64,000 nucleotides of DNA from a virus (Duplodnaviria; Caudoviricetes). The stretch is from the IMG/VR virus record IMGVR_UViG_3300021502_000037, positions 1,047 through 65,046 of that record; one strand, written 5' to 3'. The translations under genes and the position numbers were made by a program. The notes below the pieces were generated by a model. It did no database searches. It worked only from the letters and a program-made list of their open reading frames with translations, and was not told the origin of the DNA. How positions within the stretch are numbered: position 1 is the first letter of the stretch; every line of letters starts with the position of its first letter. This document shows, piece after piece, positions 1 to 11,000 of this stretch.

Positions 1-83
1 ATAGGCGACATAATTATTACTAAAGAGGTTAAAGTAATAGACTCTCCAAAATGGAGATTTTCTGCCGCATAAGAGGGATTTTT

Positions 84-2813
84 ATGACTATATCAATAAC
101 CAAAAATTTCTGGAATAGTACAACAGACCAATATAATACAATAGCAAAAATTGTTTTTACATCTCCAAATATAGATAGCCCTGCTGTTGCTGGAACTAGA
201 TCACATATTTTACCGGGTTCTGATTTTATAGGGTCATGGTTTGAAGCCGTTGATCTAATGCATAGAATATCTTGGAATGAAGATCCCCCAGATAAACAGG
301 CAACATATTTTGCCAAATTAAGTATGAATCAAGATGAGGCTTTTAATTTTAATAGTGATATGACTGTGAGTGTTGTTTCTAATTATCCTGTGATATTTTC
401 TGGCGGGCAAGTAGTAAACTATAATAAAGATGAATATGGTATTGTAGATACCGCAGTTTCTGGAACTATAACTACATTTGGCGGGCAACTATTAGGGTTT
501 ATAAAAGAGAATGTAAAAAAGGGCGGAGCAATTCATGGGGATATCAATGTTATTTATAGAACAGCACCAAATTCAGTGGATATTTATACTTACGACGTTA
601 TAAAAAATGTTTGGGACACTTATTTAGAAGCACCAGATAATTTTGGTGACTACCCTTCGATATTAAAAATAGGAACAAAAATATATTGTATAAAAGGTGA
701 TAGTAGTAATGTATTCTGGGAGTATGATACTGTCAGTTTTATATGGACTAATCTATTTAATCTACCGGTTATCGCAGATAATTATACATTCATAGGAAGT
801 TTTGATGATGAGAATAAAATATATTTTTTAAAAGCTGGAAATTCAATTTTATATGAGTATAATGTATTGAGTAATACGTGGGATGGTGGTATATCTATTA
901 CACTTTCAGGGCACGATGAGGTTTGGTATGGACCTTCTTTTTGGAAGTATAATGATAAATACTATATGTGGGTTGCAGCTAGAGATTCTAGTACTGTAGG
1001 TTTAAGGTGTGTAGAAATTGATACTTCTACAGGGGTTGCTACTGATAAGGGTTTATATAAAGATATATCGGCAGCAGATATAACTAATTTTATATCTTTT
1101 GGTAAGGACACAACATGTAGTGGACTATATGGGGCTGGTATTTCTACTTTAAGTCATTATAATTTAAATGGTACTGATAATGAGTTTTTATACTCTTTTC
1201 ATGATGTTACACAAAGTGGTATTGATATAATTAAAGAAGGAGATTATTCATCTGCTGATTGTTTTATAAATCCACAAGATCTTTTTTTTCCCACGCAAGA
1301 AAATATAAATCCAGAGGTAGCTTCTATTACTACTATTAGTGGTGGGAATGGTTATTATTTTTTAGATAGGGAAAATAATTTTATAGACACATATTTATGT
1401 TTATATAATTTAACTGCCTCAGGGACATCCACTAATTGTTCTACTTCTTATAGTTTATTATCTGGAGAATCTTCAGACACAGCTTATACTAATTTAACAG
1501 AATTGAATGATAGTATATATTTATTAGAAGGTGTTTATTCAAATTCATTATGGAAATATAATATTGGTACAGAAGTTTGGTCTGTAGATGGTTGTATAGC
1601 AATCGATGAATTTAATACAGATCAAAAATATACTGTAAAAGAACATACATTTTTATTAAGCGATGATACAGACTTATATTTATTGAAAGGTGCGGGTTAT
1701 AACTCATTTTATAAATATACTACAGAATCTGGTGTTTGGTCACAATTAGATAGTATGGCTGGTATCTTATCAGAGTATGCTCAAGGAGTTTATGTATCGT
1801 CTAATGATAGTATTTATGTTATACAAGGGAAAGATTCTTCAGCACTGTGGAAATATGATGTGTCTGGTGGTTCGTGGAGTATCATGACTGGATCTCCAAG
1901 TAGTTTCACTTCTAATTGTGGTTTTCACTACCCAGTATGGGGAGGGGATTACATTTATGCAACTCGCGGTAGAGGATATGGTCATTTTTGGAAATATAAA
2001 ATCTCTACAAATGAATGGGTACCAAATACCGGGTTACTATTATATGATTCTTTAATCACAGGATTAACGTCTAGAGGAACTTCTGATAGTAATGGTAAAA
2101 TATATAGTATAGATACTATTAGTGTTAGTGAGTACAGGGTAGCTACTGATTTATGGTTACGTATAGATGGGTATATTTCATATAATGATCTTAATAAGAA
2201 TTTTGTTTCTAATGACACCGGTTCTGATTTATATGTGGCAGGAGGTTCTGGTTTAAGATCATATTCTGTTGATAACTTAGCTATTATATCAGAACAAACT
2301 AATTATGATTTGACTTTTAGCGAGGTTGTTGGTACTAGTATAGTTTCAGTTACTAGCTATTTTAATACCTGGGAAAATAATTTGAGTAATGATGATATTT
2401 GGGCTGGGGCAAAAAATACTATTATATTCGAAGCCACAAATGGAGAAGCATATGCCTGTAAACTAACAGCTTGGGATGATGAGACACATGCTACTACTGC
2501 TAATCAAATTTTAAACGGAGATCATTATAGAGTTACTTGTGCAGCTTATAAATCAATAGGGGGATCAAAAACAGAACCATTATCAGGAAATCATACAGAC
2601 ACCATAGTGCATCCAGTAGGCGTGGATACAGTATTAAAAGGTGACGATTCTTATTATGGTACTTTTACATTTATACACATACCTAACGGAGGGCCAACAG
2701 GGGATGAACATGGTGAGTATTTAATATTCCTTCCAAGATTGGCCGGTATTGATGATACATTTTCTGCTGGAAATTATGATTTTGTAACTACATTCCATTA
2801 TAGCTATACTTAA
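84..2813 (+). CDS. Kelch-like beta-propeller putative virion/tail protein
   Basis: Repeated IY-x-x-G...(F/L)W(K/E)Y(D/N)...W blades. ATG at 84 follows the SD-like GAGGGA (ORF track starts at 51). Confidence 0.6.
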   Translation: MTISITKNFWNSTTDQYNTIAKIVFTSPNIDSPAVAGTRSHILPGSDFIGSWFEAVDLMHRISWNEDPPDKQATYFAKLSMNQDEAFNFNSDMTVSVVSNYPVIFSGGQVVNYNKDEYGIVDTAVSGTITTFGGQLLGFIKENVKKGGAIHGDINVIYRTAPNSVDIYTYDVIKNVWDTYLEAPDNFGDYPSILKIGTKIYCIKGDSSNVFWEYDTVSFIWTNLFNLPVIADNYTFIGSFDDENKIYFLKAGNSILYEYNVLSNTWDGGISITLSGHDEVWYGPSFWKYNDKYYMWVAARDSSTVGLRCVEIDTSTGVATDKGLYKDISAADITNFISFGKDTTCSGLYGAGISTLSHYNLNGTDNEFLYSFHDVTQSGIDIIKEGDYSSADCFINPQDLFFPTQENINPEVASITTISGGNGYYFLDRENNFIDTYLCLYNLTASGTSTNCSTSYSLLSGESSDTAYTNLTELNDSIYLLEGVYSNSLWKYNIGTEVWSVDGCIAIDEFNTDQKYTVKEHTFLLSDDTDLYLLKGAGYNSFYKYTTESGVWSQLDSMAGILSEYAQGVYVSSNDSIYVIQGKDSSALWKYDVSGGSWSIMTGSPSSFTSNCGFHYPVWGGDYIYATRGRGYGHFWKYKISTNEWVPNTGLLLYDSLITGLTSRGTSDSNGKIYSIDTISVSEYRVATDLWLRIDGYISYNDLNKNFVSNDTGSDLYVAGGSGLRSYSVDNLAIISEQTNYDLTFSEVVGTSIVSVTSYFNTWENNLSNDDIWAGAKNTIIFEATNGEAYACKLTAWDDETHATTANQILNGDHYRVTCAAYKSIGGSKTEPLSGNHTDTIVHPVGVDTVLKGDDSYYGTFTFIHIPNGGPTGDEHGEYLIFLPRLAGIDDTFSAGNYDFVTTFHYSYT

Positions 2814-2858
2814 TAATAATTAGATTCACTACTAATTATATCTTTGTAGGGGTGGTTT

Positions 2859-4265
2859 ATGGCAGAATATAAAAATAATATACACGTTAATTTTGATGTA
2901 AATGATAGTATAGATGCTATTACATATTTACCATCTGTTTTTAGAATACAAAGTTCTGAAAGTGGTATATTTAATATAAACAATGATTTATATATTAGTT
3001 TAGTTGATGCTATTGATACCTATGATATTCAGGTTGAAGCAACTCTAAGTGGTGTATTAAAAAGTTCAAATTTTAACCATATAGTAGATATTTCTATGGA
3101 TGATCTATTTATGGATACACCAGTGCCTATAGAAGTAAATTTTTGTACTTCTATCACTACTAATAAAGTTATTTCATATGTATCTACATTTTTAATCTAT
3201 AGAGACATATTTGGTACAGAAGATATAGATGTTTCTTCATATATAGGTACTAGTTATGATGCTTCTTTTACCGATATACAAAATATATTTCATATTTATA
3301 TAGACGCAGTAGATGTTAAAACTGATGTACCTGTAGATTTATATATATCTAATAATAAATATTATAATTACCCTATGGATCAGTACTCTACGATATTGGA
3401 TTTAGTTGGTATAGGTATGGATTTTGAACAGGGGCCTGGTAAAGTAGCTAATACACAGTTGGATGCTTTTTCTTCAGGGTTAATTTTGAATGGAGAGGTT
3501 TTATACGATTCTTATTGTACTGAGAGTGGGGTTGTTGGTGGGTGTAGATCGGATATTACTACTATATCTGGTGGACAAACTTATATTCAAATGGACGGAT
3601 TTTCGTCTTTAGTTAATATTAGTGGGTCGGTTAATTGTGACATACGTACATGGAGTTTAGAATTTGGTGATTTTTTTGCTGATCATTGGAGTGTTACTAC
3701 TGCGTCAGGGTCAGCATGGATAGATATAATAGATACATTTTGTAGTATTGATACAGGTAACTGTTATTTTTCTGTTGATGGGGAAAGGGTTGAATCTACA
3801 TTTGTTACTATAGATGGTGGATACAGGATGTGCTATGACCCAATAGATAATTTTAGTACTCTATTAGAATTTCAAATGGATGTACATGCACAGAATTTTT
3901 ATGGTGATATATTAGAGAATTCTTATAAATTTTTATATGGTGCCGATATTAGATTGCATGAAGTAGTTACTTTTGTTAATAAAAAATATATTCCAATATG
4001 GGCAAAAGTAAACAATGTAATGGATTGTCCTGAATTTTCTACAGTTGCTTATAAATTTGAAACAAAAGACTACTATGGTAAAGATTTAGGGGCGTATATA
4101 AATCCAGTAATAGGAGTTGATTTACCTGTGATTTTATATCCACAAAATACATTCTTTTTTTATGGTCGAACTTACCGTATAGGAATTTCTGGGTTAAAAG
4201 ATTTTTCTGGGAATGTAAAGTCTGATTACATATATACCTTTACTATAGAGAACCCTTTAGAATGA
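2859..4265 (+). CDS. Putative structural protein, beta-rich with Ig-like C-terminus
   Basis: 468-aa acidic, beta-rich ORF. The C-terminal Y-x-I-x-ISGLKDFSGN...YTFT pattern resembles bacterial Ig-like domains. Confidence 0.45.
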   Translation: MAEYKNNIHVNFDVNDSIDAITYLPSVFRIQSSESGIFNINNDLYISLVDAIDTYDIQVEATLSGVLKSSNFNHIVDISMDDLFMDTPVPIEVNFCTSITTNKVISYVSTFLIYRDIFGTEDIDVSSYIGTSYDASFTDIQNIFHIYIDAVDVKTDVPVDLYISNNKYYNYPMDQYSTILDLVGIGMDFEQGPGKVANTQLDAFSSGLILNGEVLYDSYCTESGVVGGCRSDITTISGGQTYIQMDGFSSLVNISGSVNCDIRTWSLEFGDFFADHWSVTTASGSAWIDIIDTFCSIDTGNCYFSVDGERVESTFVTIDGGYRMCYDPIDNFSTLLEFQMDVHAQNFYGDILENSYKFLYGADIRLHEVVTFVNKKYIPIWAKVNNVMDCPEFSTVAYKFETKDYYGKDLGAYINPVIGVDLPVILYPQNTFFFYGRTYRIGISGLKDFSGNVKSDYIYTFTIENPLE

Positions 4266-4960
4266 AAAAATTAACATACGAATATATAAAAGAAAATATA
4301 GAGTTGGAAGGTTACATACTATTAACTAACTATTATATTAATAGCAAGCATAAGTTAAGATGTATTTGTAGACGAGGTCATTTATATAATGTTACTTGGT
4401 CAGATTGGAAGTCAAAAAAAAGATGCCCTAAGTGTTATCATATTGATAGGGCAAAAAGATTACGTTTAGATTTTAATGGTATAAAAAAAGAATTTAGAAA
4501 AGAAGGGTGTTATATACAATCTACAGAATATATTAATGTAGATCAAAAATTAGATTATATTTGTAAACGTGGACATAAGCACAGTATAAGTTGGCACAAT
4601 TGGAAAAGTGGTTGGAGGTGTCCTTATTGTCACCATGAAGATTTGTCAAAAAAAATGTCTGGTATAAATCATCCAAACTGGAAAGGTGGTATTTCAAAAA
4701 AATCCTACTGTCAAGATTGGACAAATGATTTAAAAGAACTTGTTAAAGAACGAGATGGTTTTAAATGTTTAAATCCATGTTGTTTGTCAAAAACCCCGAA
4801 GGATTTAACGGTTCACCATATAGATTATAACAAAAAATCTTGCGGGGCGGAAAATCTTATCACTGTTTGCAGATCTTGTAATTCTAGAGCTAATACAAAT
4901 AGAAATTGGCACGAAGCGTGGTACAAAGCGATTTTAAATAAAAGATATAATTATAAATAG
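4262..4960 (+). CDS. HNH homing endonuclease with Zn-ribbon repeats
   Basis: Two C-x-x-GH...CPxC repeats and a C-terminal VHHIDYNK...NLITVCRSCN HNH motif. ATGA overlap with the upstream stop. Confidence 0.85.
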   Translation: MKKLTYEYIKENIELEGYILLTNYYINSKHKLRCICRRGHLYNVTWSDWKSKKRCPKCYHIDRAKRLRLDFNGIKKEFRKEGCYIQSTEYINVDQKLDYICKRGHKHSISWHNWKSGWRCPYCHHEDLSKKMSGINHPNWKGGISKKSYCQDWTNDLKELVKERDGFKCLNPCCLSKTPKDLTVHHIDYNKKSCGAENLITVCRSCNSRANTNRNWHEAWYKAILNKRYNYK

Positions 4961-4988
4961 AAATAATATTTAATAGGAGGTATTAATT

Positions 4989-6596
4989 ATGGGTGCGGTA
5001 TCAAGATGGGTAAAATATGGTATAGATGCAGTAGGTGTAGCACATGACGGAAGTACAAATTGTAGGGGTGATAGGGGGTTTTCTATAGGGACCGTAGATC
5101 CTAGCGATAAAATGACATTAACTGGAACAACAAATAGACTATATCTATCTATAGATGGTGAAAGTGGTCCTTATGTTACACTTGTTTCCGGTACTAATTT
5201 GGATGCTAGATTTATAGCTAAAGATATAACGGAAAAATTACGTGCTATTTCTGGACATACAGGAACTAATTGGACAAACGCTATTTGTAAGTGGGAAAAT
5301 GCACATGATCAACAAGCTTGGATAAGTTATGGTCATAGATTTAAGATTTACTCCGGTGATTCAGGGTCTTTTTCTACTGTTGCTGTTACAACTGGGAATA
5401 CAAATGACGCTGGAGAAACCTTAGGTTTTGGGACAGCTAGAGAAAGAGGTGGAAGAACCGATAATTTGGCATCACATTCATATGGGTTTCAAGGTACAGT
5501 GAGTGTTTCCGGTGTTTATGAAGGGTTATTTGATGAGGTTTATAAAATTGTAGTATCTAATGATCACGAGGAAGTAAGAGGTATAGCAACACCAACAAAA
5601 GGTGGGAGTAATACATATGACGGTACAATTACTACAGGGGGTATTTATAACGCAACTGTAGACTCCTTATATACAATTTCTGTGAATGCTACCAGCGCAA
5701 CTATGGGTGCGGGCGCAGGTAATGTACCTACAATTACTTGGACATCAAGTGGGGACGACGATGATAGTTCTGGACCTGTAGAACTATTGTACCCAGAACA
5801 TTGGATTAATATAGGTAAATATGGTCTAATGGTTAAATTTTCTGATGCTGTGTTTAATACCTGTTCTCCAGCTTGGACTATACAATGTAGAAAACCAGAT
5901 TATGCTGAGGGTACAAATAATGAATCCGCAGTGGGTACAGCTAAATATGTTTGGGCATCGGATAGAGGAGAAATGTCAGATACCCCAGTAGCTACAGTAT
6001 CCGGTGTTTATACAGCACTTGGAACTAAAGGTTTAAATATAAAATTTGAACCCACAGACTCTACGGATAAATTACAAGCTGTAGATGAGTTTTATGTTTA
6101 TTGTGCGGGACCAGAGCCTGAAGATCATGGTGGAGGTGGTATAAGCAGTTTAAATTATGGAAATGTTACAGTATCAACAGAATCGGATGTTAAATGTGTT
6201 ATGTTTGAGGTAATGTCTGGAGCAGTGGAGGTATCAACTGTAAGATTTGGATTACAATCAAATGGTACTTTTGTTCATCATAATGATCAGGATGCCGATA
6301 CGAAATTTAGATTTGGTACGGTAGGCATTGATAACTATGCGTTGGGTGCTGGATTAGATGAAAAGATAGAATGGAGACAAAATGTTACAGCAGCGGATAT
6401 TGATAGTAATACACCGCCACCTTATTTATATGCTACCAAAGAAAACTTGAGTGAGGTTAGTACGGCAGACGATTCTGAATCTGTTGGAAATTTCGGGTTA
6501 GTGAGTGATGTAATCTTTGTTAATATTCATTTAGGCTCTAGCGAGACCGGAGCAAATTCTAGCGTGAATATGCGCGCGTATTACGATTATTCTTGA
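4989..6596 (+). CDS. Putative structural (tail-associated) protein
   Basis: 535 aa, G/T/S-rich, strong SD AGGAGG. Shares an N-terminal domain pattern with the 14740 ORF. Confidence 0.45.
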   Translation: MGAVSRWVKYGIDAVGVAHDGSTNCRGDRGFSIGTVDPSDKMTLTGTTNRLYLSIDGESGPYVTLVSGTNLDARFIAKDITEKLRAISGHTGTNWTNAICKWENAHDQQAWISYGHRFKIYSGDSGSFSTVAVTTGNTNDAGETLGFGTARERGGRTDNLASHSYGFQGTVSVSGVYEGLFDEVYKIVVSNDHEEVRGIATPTKGGSNTYDGTITTGGIYNATVDSLYTISVNATSATMGAGAGNVPTITWTSSGDDDDSSGPVELLYPEHWINIGKYGLMVKFSDAVFNTCSPAWTIQCRKPDYAEGTNNESAVGTAKYVWASDRGEMSDTPVATVSGVYTALGTKGLNIKFEPTDSTDKLQAVDEFYVYCAGPEPEDHGGGGISSLNYGNVTVSTESDVKCVMFEVMSGAVEVSTVRFGLQSNGTFVHHNDQDADTKFRFGTVGIDNYALGAGLDEKIEWRQNVTAADIDSNTPPPYLYATKENLSEVSTADDSESVGNFGLVSDVIFVNIHLGSSETGANSSVNMRAYYDYS

Positions 6597-6610
6597 TATA
6601 AGGTATTGAA

Positions 6611-7732
6611 ATGATTAATAAAATTAAATTATGTAAATGCGGTTGTGGTAAAGAAGTAAAATTGGGGAATATATACATACATGGACACAATAGAGCTGGT
6701 TTTTCAAGTTACCCTAAAAATGATAAATGGTCAATTAAATATGATGGATGTATCAAGTGTGGTTCTATAATGGAGAAGCATGCAGGTAGGGGATTGTGCG
6801 CATCTTGTTATAGAAAATTTATTTATTATCGTAAAAAACAAAAAATTGGGAAGTGGGCACGAAAATATACAAAATGTATACAATGTGGTACTAATAATTC
6901 ACCGCATAGAGCAAGAGGGGTATGTCGTAAGTGTTATGATATTAATACTAATTTAAGTAATGGAAAAAGTAAACGTAATTTCGGACAATGGTCTTGGTAT
7001 CATAAAGAATGTCAGAAGTGTGGAACAACGGCATCCCCTCATAGTAAAGGAGGTTTGTGTACGGATTGTCATGAGCAAAGTAAAAGAGACCTAAGCAAAT
7101 GTGCCCCTTGCCCTGTATGTGAGTTTATGGTAGAAAAGTTAAATCAACATTTAACAATGAAGTCTAAAAAATGTAAAGCCCATTATGATTATCAATATAA
7201 AATGTTTAGACAGTATTTTGATAGTGATTTGAATCTAAGTGATATAGCTGAGGAGATAAATGGGGAGAGGCACGCTGTTACACGACAATTCAATAGGTTT
7301 TTTGGAAAGGAAAAAACAAGAATAAGAAATGAAGCTGTAAAACGTTGTAATGTGTCTGAAAAAGCAGTAATAAATCATAATAGTAAAAATAGGTTTGGCA
7401 CCGTGGTTGAATATAAATCACCAAATCAAGGCATAATAAAATTAAGATCTAAATTGGAGGCTAAGTATGCTAATATTTTAGATAAAAATAATATAGATTG
7501 GTATTATGAATGTAAATCTTTTCAATATATAGATAAAGATAATAAAAGAAGGACTTATACACCTGATTTTTTTCTTCCAGCGCAAAATAAATTTATAGAA
7601 GTAAAAGGGTTTAAACAAAGTAACGCAGATTATAAAATTGAATGGCTACAAAATATTGGAGTTAATATAGAAATGATAATGCAAAAAGATATAAAGGAGG
7701 CATTATGTATAGAGGATGGGCAGCGACATTAA
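6611..7732 (+). CDS. Zn-finger repeat PD-(D/E)xK endonuclease (probable homing endonuclease)
   Basis: CKCGCG start, three W..(K)Y..C..CG....H...G.C..C repeats, and a C-terminal RSKLE...WYYE...YTPDFFLP...IEVKG nuclease motif. Confidence 0.75.
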   Translation: MINKIKLCKCGCGKEVKLGNIYIHGHNRAGFSSYPKNDKWSIKYDGCIKCGSIMEKHAGRGLCASCYRKFIYYRKKQKIGKWARKYTKCIQCGTNNSPHRARGVCRKCYDINTNLSNGKSKRNFGQWSWYHKECQKCGTTASPHSKGGLCTDCHEQSKRDLSKCAPCPVCEFMVEKLNQHLTMKSKKCKAHYDYQYKMFRQYFDSDLNLSDIAEEINGERHAVTRQFNRFFGKEKTRIRNEAVKRCNVSEKAVINHNSKNRFGTVVEYKSPNQGIIKLRSKLEAKYANILDKNNIDWYYECKSFQYIDKDNKRRTYTPDFFLPAQNKFIEVKGFKQSNADYKIEWLQNIGVNIEMIMQKDIKEALCIEDGQRH

Positions 7733-8001
7733 AAGATGGTAGGGTTTTAAGAGAGGATACTGTTGAGTGGATAGACGTACCAAAAAGAGATATAATAAAA
7801 TTATCTTTAATATATGATAAAAAAAGATGGGACATAGAAAATAAGCAAGCTTATTTTATTAAGACTAGAGTCTCGGTGGTACCTGGTAATAACGATAGTT
7901 TTAGGGTAGAAAAAAGAATGGTTGGGTGGTATGAGGGAAAGGACAAATTGGCTTATGTTATAGATGAGCACACAGGGAGCTGTAAAATAGAGGTTTTATA
8001 A
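7705..8001 (+). CDS. Hypothetical protein
   Basis: 98-aa ORF with SD AGGAGG, abutting the next gene. Confidence 0.6.
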   Translation: MYRGWAATLKDGRVLREDTVEWIDVPKRDIIKLSLIYDKKRWDIENKQAYFIKTRVSVVPGNNDSFRVEKRMVGWYEGKDKLAYVIDEHTGSCKIEVL

Positions 8002-11000
8002 ATGGCATTAGATAATAAAAAAATAACAAAAGTTTGTAAATATTGGAATGAAGAAGAGTCATCCGTGTGTTCTTATTGGAGTTCCAGTAGTACTTCATGC
8101 ACACATGGCGGCACAGATGGGATATACCCAACAGAGTATCCAACCTGTAATTTAATTGGTACTAATTTAAAGTGTAATTTATACAATGGTAAGGGGGTAG
8201 AGCCAAGGTGTATCTTACCAGATGTACGTAGAGGGGGTATTAATAGACGAACAGGTACTCAATGGATAACAAAAGATGAAAATGATAGTTGGGTGGGTTT
8301 TGATGATATAACTTGCTATGGTTCATGGGGGTTTTGTGATGGAGATCCTGATGGGCTCGGTAACGGTTATGGATCTGGAGATGGTTTAAGTATAAAGTGT
8401 GCAGGGTATAACCCTAGTGAGATGGAGTTTGGTAGTTATTTTGGGGATATTCCATTAGATATCCAAATATGTAATTATCGTGCTATTATTGGTAGATGTG
8501 CTTGGTGGAATTCTGAGGCATCTATGTTTCTTATAGATGATAGTGGTAAGGTGGTAAATTCTATAAGTATGTGCGTACATACAGACGCAATGGTTGATAA
8601 ATTTAAAAACACACATTTTGATGAGGAATTAGGTATTTTTGTACTACCGTGCAATGGTGCTGTTTCTGATTGTCCTTTTTATACAGGTATAAAATGGGAA
8701 TATTGTATAAATAAAAAATTACACAGTGGTAGTAAAGTAAGAGCTGAACAAATACAAGAGCTTAGATACTATTTGAGAAAAAATAAATGGGATGCCGAAT
8801 CTTTTTCTAACACCTTTTATAACCCAGATATATATGCTTGGGATAGGGCCTCTGGTTTAATTATAAAAAAAGTTATGTCTCCTTCAGGTGTAATAGAAGA
8901 TAATACAGTTTTAAATGTGATCAAGGTAGGATTTGAAGATTTTTCGAGTTTTAATTTATCTTTTAGGAACATTGAAATAGATAGTGGGACTAAAGAAGAA
9001 GATATAGACGTTGATTATCCTACGTTAATAGAAAACCTATCCTTAGACGGAATGTTAACCCCGTTAATACTAAATGTATTTGATCAAAAGGTAGGTTCCT
9101 CAGAGAGTGATTTAACTAATATATTTGAAATGGTGGACATATTTGATGAGACTATTCTTATTTTAGGAGAAACTAGATTTTTTTTATCGAAGCCCTATGT
9201 TTTAAATTTATCCTCTATAGATATAGAAGGGTTTCCTGTGGAATTAAACCAGTATTCTTCTATGTTTGAAATTAGAAAAAATGTATCAAGTACTAAATAT
9301 AATGAAATTTGTGAACAAATAGAGAGCAGATTGAATTTTTATATAAATTATAGTAAACAAGATGTTGGTTTAAATATTACACCTATTAGTGTGTTAAATG
9401 GTGGGGAGTTTTTTATAAAGGTAAAAACTATAATTGGGAACAATACTATTATAGTTTTTGATAAGGGCGGTGGTTCTTGGGATTATGATCGAGTTGAGGT
9501 TGAAAAAATATATCATGGGGTAGTTATAGCTCAGACAGAGTTTAATGTTACTTCTGTTGAAGGGGTAATAGAATACCCACCATATTATCCAGCAAGTTTT
9601 TGTGGTGCAGAAAATACAAATACATCTTTTAATAAAAAGATTTGTTTCGAATTAAAAACTTTTGGGGATGGAAAATCAGAAATAGAACATGTATACAATG
9701 ATTATGTTATACCAAATTCATACGATGGTAAGACTTATGAAGTAGGGTATATACCTTATGAAGTTACATTACCATCAAAAATTTTATCTTATGATGACGG
9801 TAATATAATACCATTAGGTATTGGTGGTTATTTATTGTTAATAATACCAGATGAAGATAATTTATTACAAAGTATATATAAACCATGGATGATTGGTGAT
9901 GCAGAAACAGACGAGGATATAATATTAAAACTTGAATATAGCATCGAGCATGAAGATGATCAAAGCGTGGCTGTTGCTCAACAAGTAGCAGACAACAAAG
10001 CATTTGATTTAGAACTTTTTATGCGGTCTGAAAAATATCTACCTATTAATCAGATTATTGTTAAACCAAAAGACGTCAACACCCTCCATGCTGTTGGTCC
10101 TGGATGTTTTATTGAGTTAAAAAGTATAAAAATCTATGAAAAAAAAAGTTTTAATGAGCCTTCAAGTGGTACAAAATGTGATTATATTGATTCTAATGAT
10201 GCAGTTTGCGGTAAAGATACTGTATTTTGTAAAGATGAAACTAAATTTGAACTTATTAGTAATACGGTTGGACAATTGTCTGCTATTAACGACGAAACTT
10301 TACTTATTTCTGTAGTTTTCAAGAGTAAAAAAACAGGTAGAATTTTAGGAGTGACTAGAACTAAAATGATAACCTGGGTTAGAAATCCTTCTTGTAGAGC
10401 AGCACCTATATTTTATAAATGGGCAACAGAATATGAAGAATTTGATATGATCCCACTGCAATATTATAGATTTGATCATATTGGTATAATAAAAAGACCA
10501 GCAAGTGACTCCTATATCAGATTAGAGACTATACCTGGTTTTGGTGATTTTATAATGCATCCATTTGTTTTTTCTCCAACAACAGCCTTATATAACATGG
10601 ATCCAGATGTATTGTTTTTGTTAAACTTACCCGCAGAAGACTTTGTTATAGAATATTATAGAACAGAGGTTTTAGGAAGTGTAGATACAAAATATGAAGA
10701 GGGTGTGTGGGATAGTTCGTCACACACCATTCAGTATTTTAAATCATCCTCCATAACTGCATCTGAAGAAGTTGTTTATACTCCACAAAGCGTGAAACAT
10801 GGTTATTTTGATATGTGTAAACTATGCACACCAAAAAGTACTGTTACTATGTGGGCGATCGTAGCATTTGGCGGGGTAAATACGTTTTGTATGGCTAATT
10901 ATTTGCCGGCAAATTTAGTCAGTTTAAATCCCCCAATGTTTACAGGTGCTACCATGTATTACGCTGGGATTGGGATAGGTTATTTTGAAGAGTGTGCAAT